A stretch of 64,000 nucleotides of DNA from Pirellulales bacterium (GTDB lineage Bacteria; Planctomycetota; Planctomycetia; Pirellulales; UBA1268): NCBI GenBank assembly GCA_016779265.1, contig JADHNY010000005.1:3477-67476 (forward strand), in the 5' to 3' direction. Each line of letters opens with the position of its first letter. Within the stretch, counting starts at the first letter, position 1. Below the pieces are notes generated by a model that saw only the letters and a program-made list of their open reading frames with translations, did no database searches and was not told the origin of the DNA. The translations under genes were made by a program, and so were the position numbers. Shown one piece after another: positions 18,552 through 27,908 of this stretch.

Positions 18552-19337
18552 TTAGGCCAGTGTCCGCCGCCGAACCGCCAGACTCGTCACACCGGAGACG
18601 ACGCGGCCCCCCGCCCAGGTTGCCGTCTTGGAGACCAACGAACCACCTGCCCAGACCGCCGCACCTGTCACGGCACCCACGACCGCGCCGACAGGACCAG
18701 CGAGGGCGCCTGTAGCCGCAAACGTCGCCGCACTCGTTGCCAAGCCAGCCGCATCCCCAGCCCGCTTACTCGCGACCTCATCATGACCAGCTCGGTGGGC
18801 CTTCCACTCCACTGCCATGGCGACGCCCTCAGCGACGAGCACCGCCGGCATAAATGCCTTCAGCCCAATCCGTGCAGTCGTCCCCGTGGCCGTGCGGACA
18901 GCCACATGCCGCATGCCGCCTCGCACGCTCCGAGACCCGATCGCCGCCGACGCCTTGCCGGCCATGCGGCCCACACGGGCGGCGATGATATCAATCTGAC
19001 GACTGTGGCAGTTTCCTGTCGCACACCAGGTGGTGAAGTGCTCACAGTTATCTGTCATCGGCGAGTAGCCCTCGCGGCCGACATGCTCCTCCGCACGCTG
19101 GGCCACCTCTTCTGACGAAAACAGGGCGGCCGGCTCATGCACGACCCGCACCGCCTCACCCTTGGCAAACTCCGCAAGCGTCGTCCGCACGACACCGCCG
19201 CCTGCCCACAGCCGATCAAAGCGATGCGGCCGCGCATGCGCCACCGTGCCATCGCCCAGGTCAATGCCATAGTGCAGATAGGCAGGACCGTAGCTGGCCA
19301 AACGTCGATCGGTGGCAAGCCTGTCACCGCGAGCCAT
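18552..19337 (-). CDS. LRAT/NC-domain (NlpC/P60 superfamily) protein with C-terminal glycine-zipper membrane segment
   Basis: HYGIDLGDGTVAH ... NCEHFTTWCATG gives the His/Cys pair of LRAT-like enzymes. The C-terminus is Gly/Ala-rich (GALAGPVGAVVGAVTGAAVWAGG). ATG at 19337 chosen; the listed ORF extends to 19439. Confidence 0.65.
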   Translation of the reverse strand: MARGDRLATDRRLASYGPAYLHYGIDLGDGTVAHARPHRFDRLWAGGGVVRTTLAEFAKGEAVRVVHEPAALFSSEEVAQRAEEHVGREGYSPMTDNCEHFTTWCATGNCHSRQIDIIAARVGRMAGKASAAIGSRSVRGGMRHVAVRTATGTTARIGLKAFMPAVLVAEGVAMAVEWKAHRAGHDEVASKRAGDAAGLATSAATFAATGALAGPVGAVVGAVTGAAVWAGGSLVSKTATWAGGRVVSGVTSLAVRRRTLA

Positions 19338-19596
19338 GCGTCTTCTCCGAGGGTGCTCCCGTTTCGCCACGACGTGGGCCGCCGCAGACACCGCTACGAT
19401 CCACGTCCTGTGCCGCGACAGACTGCGGCTCTCTCGCACCCTACGATCGTACCTTCGTTCCTACGGCGGTCGCGAGCAAGAGTTCACACCCACCGCTCGG
19501 CGAACGGCAAATCCCGCCGGCAGAATCGTCACAGGCCCAACGTCCTGTCCCGCGGGCTTTATTGAAGACCTCAGGGACAGCGGCGATACTTGTGGG

Positions 19597-21141
19597 ATGA
19601 GCATTTCATCGAACTTTCGCCGCCCTGTCGACTTCTGTGTCGTCCTCGCGGCCCTCGTCGTCAGCCTTGATCCGTCGCGTCCTGCTCTCGCCGCCGAGGC
19701 ATCTGCCCCGCCGAACATCGTGCTGATCGTGGCGGACGATCTCGGTTATCGAGAGCTCGGCTGCTTTGGACAGGAGAAAATCCGCACGCCCAGGCTCGAT
19801 GCGCTGGCCACCGAGGGCATGCGACTCACCCGCCACTACGCCGGCAACGCTGTCTGTGCTCCGTCGCGGTGCGTGCTGATGACCGGAAAGCATCCCGGCC
19901 ACGCCGTCGTGCGAGACAACAAGTCAACGCCGCCGGAGGGCCAGTACCCGATTCCAGATTCCGAGGTAACGCTCGCCGAGCTGCTGCACGACGCAGGCTA
20001 TGCCACAGGTGCCTTCGGCAAATGGGGCCTCGGTGGGCCTGGCTCGTCAGGCGATCCGATACGGCAGGGGTTTGACCGTTTCTTTGGCTACAACTGCCAG
20101 GCCCATGCCCACAGCTACTATCCAGACTATCTCTGGGACAATGATCAACGGATCTCCCTGGAGAACGATCCTGCTGTGCCGGGGCATGCAGGCCTCGCAG
20201 AGGGTGCCGACCCTGACGACCCCCGCAGCTACGACGCCTTCAAAGGCTGCGACTACGCCCCAGACAGGATCCACGAAGCCGCCCTTGCCTTTCTTCGCGA
20301 ACAAAAAGACGGGCCCTTCTTTCTCTACTATCCGTCGATCATTCCGCATGTGGCGCTGCACATTCCCGATGAAGAGCTCACGCCATACCTCGACTTAGGC
20401 TGGAACGACCCTCCTTTCACACGGGCCAAGGGTGGCTACACGCCACACTTCACACCCCGGGCTGCCTACGCCGCGATGATCACCAGGCTTGACCGTGAGG
20501 TGGGGGCCATTCTCGATGAACTCGACCGTCTTGGGGTGGCCGAGAACACCCTGGTGATCTTCACGTCGGACAACGGGGCTACGCATCTCAACGAGGAGGT
20601 CGATGTCGACTTCTTTGGCAGCGTTGGTGAACTGCGAGGACTGAAGGGCTCTCTCTACGAGGGAGGCATTCGTGTTCCCAGCATCGTCCGCTGGCCAGGA
20701 CACGTCTCTCCCGGCACTGAAACCGCCGTGATCAGCGGCTTTGAAGACTGGCTTCCCACCATCCTCGAAGCGTCTGGCCAGATCACCGACGTGCCCGCCG
20801 GTGTTGATGGCGTGAGCCTGGTGCAGCGACTTGAGGAAGGCGACACCCCCGCAAGTCCTCCGCGTCCGGGACCGGAGCGGCCCTTCCTTTACCGGGAGTT
20901 TGCCGGCTACGGTGGCCAACAGTGCGTGTTCGCCGGCCGCTGGAAGGCGATCCGCCAGCAGCTTCGCAAGGGCCCAGCGGCCACTGAGCTCTACGACCTG
21001 ACGGCCGATCCTGGCGAAGCGAATGACGTGGCTGCGGAACATCCCGACATCGTTCGACGGCTGGAAGCCCTGATGGCCAGCCAGCACGACCCGTCGAGCG
21101 TGTTCCCGATCGCTGGCCTGGGCGACACCGCCAAGAACTAG
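19597..21141 (+). CDS. arylsulfatase (formylglycine-dependent)
   Basis: IVLIVADDLGY and CAPSRCVLMTGK (C-x-P-S-R). Signal peptide follows the ATG at 19597. The upstream 95 codons of the listed ORF overlap the divergent LRAT gene. Confidence 0.9.
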   Translation: MSISSNFRRPVDFCVVLAALVVSLDPSRPALAAEASAPPNIVLIVADDLGYRELGCFGQEKIRTPRLDALATEGMRLTRHYAGNAVCAPSRCVLMTGKHPGHAVVRDNKSTPPEGQYPIPDSEVTLAELLHDAGYATGAFGKWGLGGPGSSGDPIRQGFDRFFGYNCQAHAHSYYPDYLWDNDQRISLENDPAVPGHAGLAEGADPDDPRSYDAFKGCDYAPDRIHEAALAFLREQKDGPFFLYYPSIIPHVALHIPDEELTPYLDLGWNDPPFTRAKGGYTPHFTPRAAYAAMITRLDREVGAILDELDRLGVAENTLVIFTSDNGATHLNEEVDVDFFGSVGELRGLKGSLYEGGIRVPSIVRWPGHVSPGTETAVISGFEDWLPTILEASGQITDVPAGVDGVSLVQRLEEGDTPASPPRPGPERPFLYREFAGYGGQQCVFAGRWKAIRQQLRKGPAATELYDLTADPGEANDVAAEHPDIVRRLEALMASQHDPSSVFPIAGLGDTAKN

Positions 21142-21264
21142 ACCTCCTCCGACCGAGCAGATCTCGGTGATGCCCGGAGCGACCACCATGGCAGTGGGTG
21201 GGGTTCCTCCAATCATCCGGAATAGTCGGCGTATACCGCCTGCGGGGAATCGGCGGCATGATCG

Positions 21265-22257
21265 GTGGCCGTGCGGACCGATAGAAGAAGTGTGCACACA
21301 CTTCCTACCGATCCACCGCTGCGTCAGACATGCCCTCGACCAGTTCTCCAACTGATCGCCTGGGGGCTTGTTGTCGTCTGCTTCCTTGGGCTGCAGCCTG
21401 CGGCGGCAACTGCCCAGCCATCAGCAGTCCCGCCCACCAAGCCCTGGGATGCGGTTCTGATCGCCAGCTTCAACATCCAGGTGTTTGGCGACTCGAAGAT
21501 GTCAAAGCCGCATGTGGTCGACATGCTGGCGCGGGTCGTGCGGCAGTTTGATGTGGTGGCGATCCAAGAGGTGCGGAGCAAAAACGAGCAGCTCGTACCC
21601 ACGTTCGTGCAGCAGGTGAACGCAGCGGGTGGCCGCTATCACTACATCGTGGGACCACGCGAGGGACGCACCACAAGCAAAGAGCAGTACACATTCATTT
21701 ACGACACTGATCGGATTGAGGTCGACGTCGCATCGCCTGGCGTCTTCCCAGACCCCGATGACCGGCTGCACCGCCCGCCATTGTGCGTGAGGTTTCGCAC
21801 CCGTGTGATCCCAGAACACATGGCTTTCACGTTCTGGCTCGTCGACACCCACACCGATCCTGATGAGGTGCCTGAGGAACTTGCCGCTCTCTGCGACGTG
21901 TTTCGCGCAATGCAGCGGCTTCGGCCAGACGAAGACGACGTGATCATGCTCGGTGACCTCAACGCCGGGCCACCTGAGTTTGCCCCGCTTTCCCCAATCG
22001 CTGGGCTCGCCTGGGCTGTCGACGGTGTGACCACCAATACCCGACGCACCAAGACCTACGACAACCTCGTGTTCTCGGTGCCTGCCACCAGTGAATACCT
22101 CGGCCATTGGGGCGTCGTCGACCTGCAACAGACATTTGGGCTCTCCGAAGAGGCGGCCCTTGAAGTCTCAGATCACAACCCTGTCTGGGCCGCGTTTCAC
22201 CCAGCAGAGACCCGCGGCCAGCAGCCGGTCGCCCTCCAGCCCACCACGACGCGTTAG
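21265..22257 (+). CDS. secreted DNase I-family endonuclease (EEP fold)
   Basis: Collinear with mammalian DNase I: FNIQVFGDSKMS, FDVVAIQEVR, YHYIVGPREGRTTSKEQYTF, VIMLGDLNA, YDNLVF, LEVSDHNPV. TM/signal segment at the N-terminus. The start is GTG at 21265 or GTG at 21292. Confidence 0.85.
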   Translation: MAVRTDRRSVHTLPTDPPLRQTCPRPVLQLIAWGLVVVCFLGLQPAAATAQPSAVPPTKPWDAVLIASFNIQVFGDSKMSKPHVVDMLARVVRQFDVVAIQEVRSKNEQLVPTFVQQVNAAGGRYHYIVGPREGRTTSKEQYTFIYDTDRIEVDVASPGVFPDPDDRLHRPPLCVRFRTRVIPEHMAFTFWLVDTHTDPDEVPEELAALCDVFRAMQRLRPDEDDVIMLGDLNAGPPEFAPLSPIAGLAWAVDGVTTNTRRTKTYDNLVFSVPATSEYLGHWGVVDLQQTFGLSEEAALEVSDHNPVWAAFHPAETRGQQPVALQPTTTR

Positions 22258-22625
22258 CCACCACACGGTCTCGCATGCGTTTGCTCCTCAACTACATCAC
22301 GAGACGACTGCTCGTCAGCGCTTTGTGTAGCGCGACGCAGACAGCCCTGGTGGCGCCAGGACACATCGAGATGCTGTTCCGTCACCAGGCGGTCCGTGAG
22401 CAGCAGTTTGTGGGGGCACCGCTCCTCTCCGACGTGGTCACCATCAGTGAACTGCCCGACCTTGAACTTCAAGGTGGCGGAGTGGCAGTTCGCAGCCACT
22501 CAACGGGCAACACTGGCGTGAGGGACCTCGTGCACCTGCCACCGCTCGACGCCTTTGCGGTCGCAACTTCTTCGTTCTCCGCACGCCAGATGTAAGCCAG
22601 ACTGCTGCTTTGTCGAGCAGCCTCT

Positions 22626-24350
22626 CTACTGGCCCCGCCTTCTCTGCCGGAAGTACTTCAGACCTGGCACAAAGAAGCAGGCCGCACTTACCGCTCCGAA
22701 CAGAATGTGCTGCACGTCACCAGTAACGCACATCACCAGCGACGTCGCAAACAGCGCAGCTGCCTGCACATAGAAAGCTCCTGAGAGAATGCCTGCCTTC
22801 ACGAAGAAGGCGAGCCCTGCCAGCAGAGCCAGGACCGGAGAGAGGGTCAGTACGGGCATTCCCAGAAGATCTTCCACCCAAAACAGCATCACACTGGTGA
22901 TCATTGCGCCACCCCAGACGTGGGCGATCTGCCGCTCGACAGCAGTGACCGGCCCCGCCCGGTTGCGGATCGCCCAGAAAATCGGCGCCCACAGGGCCAG
23001 GCCACCCGCCCAGAGCACCATGTACGGCCAGCGACTCACCACCTGCTGCCAGGCAAGGATGTCGGTGATCACACACAAGGTGAGCACGACCACCGAGTGC
23101 CACATCCACAGCAGCCCCCAGTTCTCCAGCACCACGGCATGATGTGTTTCACGGAAGAGCCGTGCGGTGATGTCCGCCAGGCCACCCCGACGTGCAGCAA
23201 TCGGCTCACCCGCAAGAAAACACCGCAGATCCTTGGCCAGAGCTGCCGCCGACGCATATCGCAGTTCCTGAGGCTTCTGCAACGTCTTCAACGCGATCAT
23301 CTCGAGATCGCGATCAACGGACGTATTCACCAGCCTCGGCATCGGCGGATCGGTTTCCAGGACCGCCAGCAGCGTGTCCATCGGATTGGCTGCCTGAAAC
23401 GGCGGTCGGCCTGTGAGTGTCTGGTAGAGGATGGCCCCCAGGCTCCAGACATCACTCGTCGTTCCGACATCGCCACGGCTGCCAGCCGCCTGCTCAGGAG
23501 CCATGTAGCACGGGGTGCCAACAATCGCACCCGTATGGGTCACCGACATGTCGGCCTCGATCCGTTTCGCGAGACCAAAGTCGGAGACGTGCGGCCGACC
23601 GGCCCTGTCAATCAAGATATTCGAGGGCTTGAGGTCACGGTGAAGCACCCCTCGTGCATGGGCGACCTCCACCGCTTCAGCGACAACCGCCAGCAGCTGT
23701 GCAGACTCCCTTGCCGGGAGCGGCCCATTGGCGAGTCGACGGGCAAGTGTTGTGCCCTCGACATACCGCATGCTGTAGAAGGGATGCCCATCCCACTCAC
23801 CAACTTCATAAACGGAGACGATCCCCGGATGGTCGAGCTGGGCCGCCGCTTCAGCTTCGCTGCGAAACCGCTGAATATCTGCCGCTGTGGCGAGGTCGCG
23901 GCGGAGCAGCATCTTGATCGCCACCGTGCGACCAAGGCTCTTCTGAACTGCCTTATAGACCACGCCCATGCCACCACGACCGATCTCTGCAACGAGCTGG
24001 TAGTCACCAAGCGTGGCAGGCAGTGGCGAAACGCCGGGCACAAAACTCCCCTTGGGAGCGGGCGGTAGCGGGACCACCTCGGCGAGAGGCAGCGTCTCAT
24101 CACCATTCAGTTCGCGCTCGAAGATGGCCGACTGCTCCGCCACCGCGTCGGTCAGACACATCGCCGCCCAGAGCTCTCGGATATGGCTCGCGAGGTCGGG
24201 ATGCTCGCGCTCGGCTGCCTGCATAGAGTCAAAACCGCCGCCATTCTCCCGTTCCCCAAGCACATCCAAGACATCCGCCAGACGCTCCTCCTGTTCAGAG
24301 CTGAGCGGTGACTCATGGTCATTCGGTTGCTGAAGGCCAGGTGAGGTCAT
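22626..24350 (-). CDS. Ser/Thr protein kinase with polytopic C-terminal membrane domain
   Basis: GRGGMGVVYKA, VAIKML, HRDLKPSNIL, SDFG and YMAPEQ, followed by at least 4 hydrophobic helices. ATG at 24350 preferred because it gives a cytoplasmic N-terminus. The listed ORF starts at 24416. Confidence 0.85.
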   Translation of the reverse strand: MTSPGLQQPNDHESPLSSEQEERLADVLDVLGERENGGGFDSMQAAEREHPDLASHIRELWAAMCLTDAVAEQSAIFERELNGDETLPLAEVVPLPPAPKGSFVPGVSPLPATLGDYQLVAEIGRGGMGVVYKAVQKSLGRTVAIKMLLRRDLATAADIQRFRSEAEAAAQLDHPGIVSVYEVGEWDGHPFYSMRYVEGTTLARRLANGPLPARESAQLLAVVAEAVEVAHARGVLHRDLKPSNILIDRAGRPHVSDFGLAKRIEADMSVTHTGAIVGTPCYMAPEQAAGSRGDVGTTSDVWSLGAILYQTLTGRPPFQAANPMDTLLAVLETDPPMPRLVNTSVDRDLEMIALKTLQKPQELRYASAAALAKDLRCFLAGEPIAARRGGLADITARLFRETHHAVVLENWGLLWMWHSVVVLTLCVITDILAWQQVVSRWPYMVLWAGGLALWAPIFWAIRNRAGPVTAVERQIAHVWGGAMITSVMLFWVEDLLGMPVLTLSPVLALLAGLAFFVKAGILSGAFYVQAAALFATSLVMCVTGDVQHILFGAVSAACFFVPGLKYFRQRRRGQ

Positions 24351-24506
24351 CACAGTCAACAAGCACAGGGGCAGGAAACACAGGGGCACCAAACTCAGAA
24401 ATAGCCGGGTAGCCAAGCCACACGACCGGACGACGTCACCCGCTCACACAGCAGCCGAGTCGCCATTCCTCCGAGAATCGTAGACCGGATGCGGTGGATG
24501 TGGAGT

Positions 24507-25244
24507 CTACGAGGCTGCACCATCTAACAGGCTCCGCAGTCGCCGCATCGCTCGGAGATACCGCATCCCAGCAGCCGGCTTGGAGAGCCCCAGCACGTCC
24601 GCCGCCTCGGCGGTCGAGAGATGCTCAAAATGTCGCAGCAGCACAATCTGCCGGTCACCTTCCTCAAGCTGCTCAACAGCGGCGGCAAAACGACGCTGGA
24701 GCTCTTCCCAGGTGGCCGCTGCGGCTGGGGTCAGTTCCCGGTCAACCATCGCATCGGCAACCGCCGGCGCCACCCCGTCATTCGGCCCAGTTTCGTGGAT
24801 CGACACCTCCCGATCGACACTTCGACTCGCCGCCACTCGATGTCGCCTGTGGGCATCGATCAGCCGGTCACGAGCCATATGCCGCAGCCAGAGCCGAAAC
24901 GGCATCACGGGATTTTCCAGATAGTCACTCAGCCGGCGGTTCGCCTCGATCATCACGTCTTGCACGATGTCGCTGGCATCAACCCGGCTCTGCACAACAC
25001 GGTCCATTCGCGCCGCGATCAGGCGACGGATCGCATCGCGATGCCGAGCAAGCAGGCCCTCAACAGCATCGGTATCACCCTGCCGCACGCGGTCGAGCAG
25101 CACCTGCGTGACCTGTGGATCGGAAGACTCGCCCACGGGGCATCCTTCTGGGAATGAGGAGAACTGCAGCCTGGATCGGCAGCAGCGTTCCCTTTCGATA
25201 TCCAGAATACCAACCGGCTCGGGAACATCCCACCGGTGCATCAC
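24507..25244 (-). CDS. ECF-type sigma-70 family RNA polymerase sigma factor
   Basis: Region 2 (DIVQDVMIEANRRL...FRLWL) and a region 4 HTH (IVLLRHFEHLSTAEAADVLGLSKPAAGMRYLRAM). Directly upstream of the kinase on the same strand. The exact start is uncertain. Confidence 0.8.
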   Translation of the reverse strand: MMHRWDVPEPVGILDIERERCCRSRLQFSSFPEGCPVGESSDPQVTQVLLDRVRQGDTDAVEGLLARHRDAIRRLIAARMDRVVQSRVDASDIVQDVMIEANRRLSDYLENPVMPFRLWLRHMARDRLIDAHRRHRVAASRSVDREVSIHETGPNDGVAPAVADAMVDRELTPAAAATWEELQRRFAAAVEQLEEGDRQIVLLRHFEHLSTAEAADVLGLSKPAAGMRYLRAMRRLRSLLDGAAS

Positions 25245-25411
25245 GAAACCCTCACTTCACCACCGGGTCGATCAGCGCATTCGTTTCAACCGGGGTGTCC
25301 AGATCGACAGACCACTAAAAAACATGGGGCAGGCGACTGGTGTTTTTGCCCCACCCTCTGACGTGATCCATAATCGCAAGCGGTCAACGGAGCGACCGCG
25401 CCGATGCCGCC

Positions 25412-27223
25412 TTGGAACAGCGGCAGTCCCGCGAATGGATCGCCCCTGTGACGTGTGGCCTTCGAGTACTGACGTCTCTGCTGCCACGGCAGCGACTGCT
25501 TGCAGCACTCACAGTCGTCACAGTTTGCCTCAGTGGAATCTTCCCACTGCAGGCCGCCGACATTGCCCCCGCGCTTCGCTGGGTGCCAGTTGGGCCCAAC
25601 GCTGGTGTCGTGCCACCGCGGCCGTCCGCTCCTGCGGGTGCCTCAGCCGTTCCGTCGACACTGCAGCCACGGATTACACCCCACGACGATCTGGTCTCTC
25701 GAGCAACTCTGCTCGCCAATGAAGGTCGCTGGCATGAGATCGTGCGGCTCTATGAGGCGGAGGTACGGTCTGGTGGGCTGACTCCCGAGGTCCGCAAGCA
25801 TTACGACATCGCTTCGATTCACTGCGATATCGAACGCCGTTATGCCGAGCAGAACTTTCGCGGCAAGCTGCAGCAGATGCAGGAGGCCGATGCCCTTCGC
25901 CTCTACCGTGAGCTGCTTGGCCGCATCGGCTCGCATCACGTCGATGACCCCAACTTCCGCATGCTCGTTGAGCGAGGCTGCCTGGCCATGCAGACCGCCC
26001 TCGACGATCCCGCATTCCTCGGCTTCGTGGGCGTCGCCCCCTCGGCTGAACGGATCGATTTCTGCTGCCGCCAGACCACCGACATCCTGACACGTCGACC
26101 GGTGGTCAGCGGTCGCGACGCGGAGATGGTGGTGACCTGGATCGCCAGGGCCACCGAGCGAACACTGACGATCCCCGCTGCCGTCACGATCATGGAGTTT
26201 GCCGCCGCGGCGATGGGCGGCCTCGACCAGTACTCCGCCTTCCTCACCAGCGGTCAGCTTGATGATCTCTACAACCAGATAGACGGCAACTTTGTCGGTC
26301 TTGGCGTTGAGCTGAAGCCCGCGTCGGATGGTCTGCTCATCGTAGACGTGATCCGTGGCAGCCCTGCTGAGCGTGCTGGCCTGCGAGCGGGCGATCACCT
26401 CGTCGGCGTCGGCGGCCGCTCGATTGGAGGCATGGGGGTCAACGAAGCTGCTGCTCTGCTGCAGGGTCCAGAAGGATCGCAGGTCACCCTTGCCATCCTC
26501 CGCGCACCGGCACCAGCTCGGGCAATCACGGTTCGCCGCGAGCATGTCGAAGTACCAAGTGTCGAGGACGTCCGGATCCTCGACCCTGCCAATGGCGTCG
26601 CCAGCCTACGGATCAGTTCGTTCCAGAAGACGACGGCAACCGATCTTGAGGCGGCTCTCCGCCAGCTCGACGCCTCCGGCATGCGGAGTTTGATTGTCGA
26701 CCTGCGTGGCAATCCCGGCGGCCTGCTCTCCGCTGGTGTCGATGCGGCCGATCTGTTTCTTGATCGCGGCCTGGTCGTGGCCACCCGAGGCCGCAGCCCC
26801 GAGGAAGACTTCAACTATCTCGCGAACCCTGCTGGTACCTGGCAGATGCCGCTCGTGGTGGTTATCGATAGTGACTCGGCGAGTGCGAGTGAGATCTTTG
26901 CGGGAGCGATTCGAGACCACCGCCGCGGCACGATCGTCGGAACGCGAAGCTACGGCAAAGGTTCGGTGCAGGGCATCTTCCCGCTGGATGTTGGTGGCAT
27001 GGGCATGCGGCTGACCACCGCCAAGTTCTTCTCGCCACACGGCCGCTCCTACAGCAAGGTTGGCGTGGAGCCGGACGTGCTGGTGCAGACTGCGTTCAAG
27101 CCCGCGCTCGGACAAACGGTTGAGCCTGCCAACGACCCCTTCCTCACCACCGCCATCGAAACAGCTCGCTCGCTCACACGAGCTGGCCAAGATGTGCTCC
27201 CTCACACGACGGCGGCCCGCTGA
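25412..27223 (+). CDS. S41-family C-terminal processing peptidase with PDZ domain
   Basis: PDZ domain (LLIVDVIRGSPAERAGLRAGD), LIVDLRGNPGG, and SASASEIFAGA...YGKGSVQ. About 250 aa of helical N-terminal extension. Confidence 0.85.
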   Translation: MEQRQSREWIAPVTCGLRVLTSLLPRQRLLAALTVVTVCLSGIFPLQAADIAPALRWVPVGPNAGVVPPRPSAPAGASAVPSTLQPRITPHDDLVSRATLLANEGRWHEIVRLYEAEVRSGGLTPEVRKHYDIASIHCDIERRYAEQNFRGKLQQMQEADALRLYRELLGRIGSHHVDDPNFRMLVERGCLAMQTALDDPAFLGFVGVAPSAERIDFCCRQTTDILTRRPVVSGRDAEMVVTWIARATERTLTIPAAVTIMEFAAAAMGGLDQYSAFLTSGQLDDLYNQIDGNFVGLGVELKPASDGLLIVDVIRGSPAERAGLRAGDHLVGVGGRSIGGMGVNEAAALLQGPEGSQVTLAILRAPAPARAITVRREHVEVPSVEDVRILDPANGVASLRISSFQKTTATDLEAALRQLDASGMRSLIVDLRGNPGGLLSAGVDAADLFLDRGLVVATRGRSPEEDFNYLANPAGTWQMPLVVVIDSDSASASEIFAGAIRDHRRGTIVGTRSYGKGSVQGIFPLDVGGMGMRLTTAKFFSPHGRSYSKVGVEPDVLVQTAFKPALGQTVEPANDPFLTTAIETARSLTRAGQDVLPHTTAAR

Positions 27224-27897
27224 TGTCGGCGACTTCTCGGTCTTCAACCGATCTCACCGACGCCATCGCAGACGCCTGTGAGCAGTTTCAGCTTGAGGTG
27301 AACACAGCCGCCCAGCGGCAGCTTGCGGCCTACGCTGCGAGCCTCTGGCAGTGGAACGAACGGCTCAACCTCACGCGACACACCGACGTGGAACGGTTTG
27401 TTGCTCGAGACGTGGCTGATGCCGTGGCACTCGCTGATCATCTCGCTGATGGAGAGCGTGTGCTCGATGTTGGTACCGGTGGTGGCGTGCCGGGCGTGCT
27501 GCTCGCGATCCTTCGCCCAGACCTCTCCGTCGAACTCTCCGAGAGCGTAGGCAAGCGGGCTGCAGCCGTGAAAGCCATCGTGCAGGAAACTGGCCTGCGG
27601 GTGCCTGTGCATGCTCAGGCTGCCCAAAGCCTGCTTCCCGCGCATCGGTATGACACGCTCGTCGTGCGAGCGGTCGCCCCGCTCGGAAAACTGCTGAGCT
27701 GGTTTGAACCACTCGCTGACACGTTTGGACGACTGCTTGTGATCAAAGGCCCCCGCTGGGAAGCAGAGAAGGGGGAAGCCCGACACCGAGGACTGGTGAA
27801 GGACGTGCGAATCCGCCGCGTGGCGGCCTGGCCACTGCATGGCACCGAGAGCGAGAGCGTGCTCTTGGAGATTCACAAACGGGATCAACAGCCGTAG
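27223..27897 (+). CDS. rsmG: 16S rRNA (guanine527-N7)-methyltransferase
   Basis: LWQWNERLNLT and the VLDVGTGGGVPG SAM motif. Its ATG shares one base with the peptidase TGA (TGATG at 27221-27225). Confidence 0.85.
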   Translation: MSATSRSSTDLTDAIADACEQFQLEVNTAAQRQLAAYAASLWQWNERLNLTRHTDVERFVARDVADAVALADHLADGERVLDVGTGGGVPGVLLAILRPDLSVELSESVGKRAAAVKAIVQETGLRVPVHAQAAQSLLPAHRYDTLVVRAVAPLGKLLSWFEPLADTFGRLLVIKGPRWEAEKGEARHRGLVKDVRIRRVAAWPLHGTESESVLLEIHKRDQQP

Positions 27898-27908
27898 CCA
27901 ACAAGCGT

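Noticed and set aside
20395-21351. 318-aa minus-strand ORF
   Set aside because: It is antisense to the sulfatase and the start of the DNase gene.
22920-24068. 382-aa plus-strand ORF
   Set aside because: It is antisense to the Ser/Thr kinase catalytic domain, which has all the Hanks motifs.
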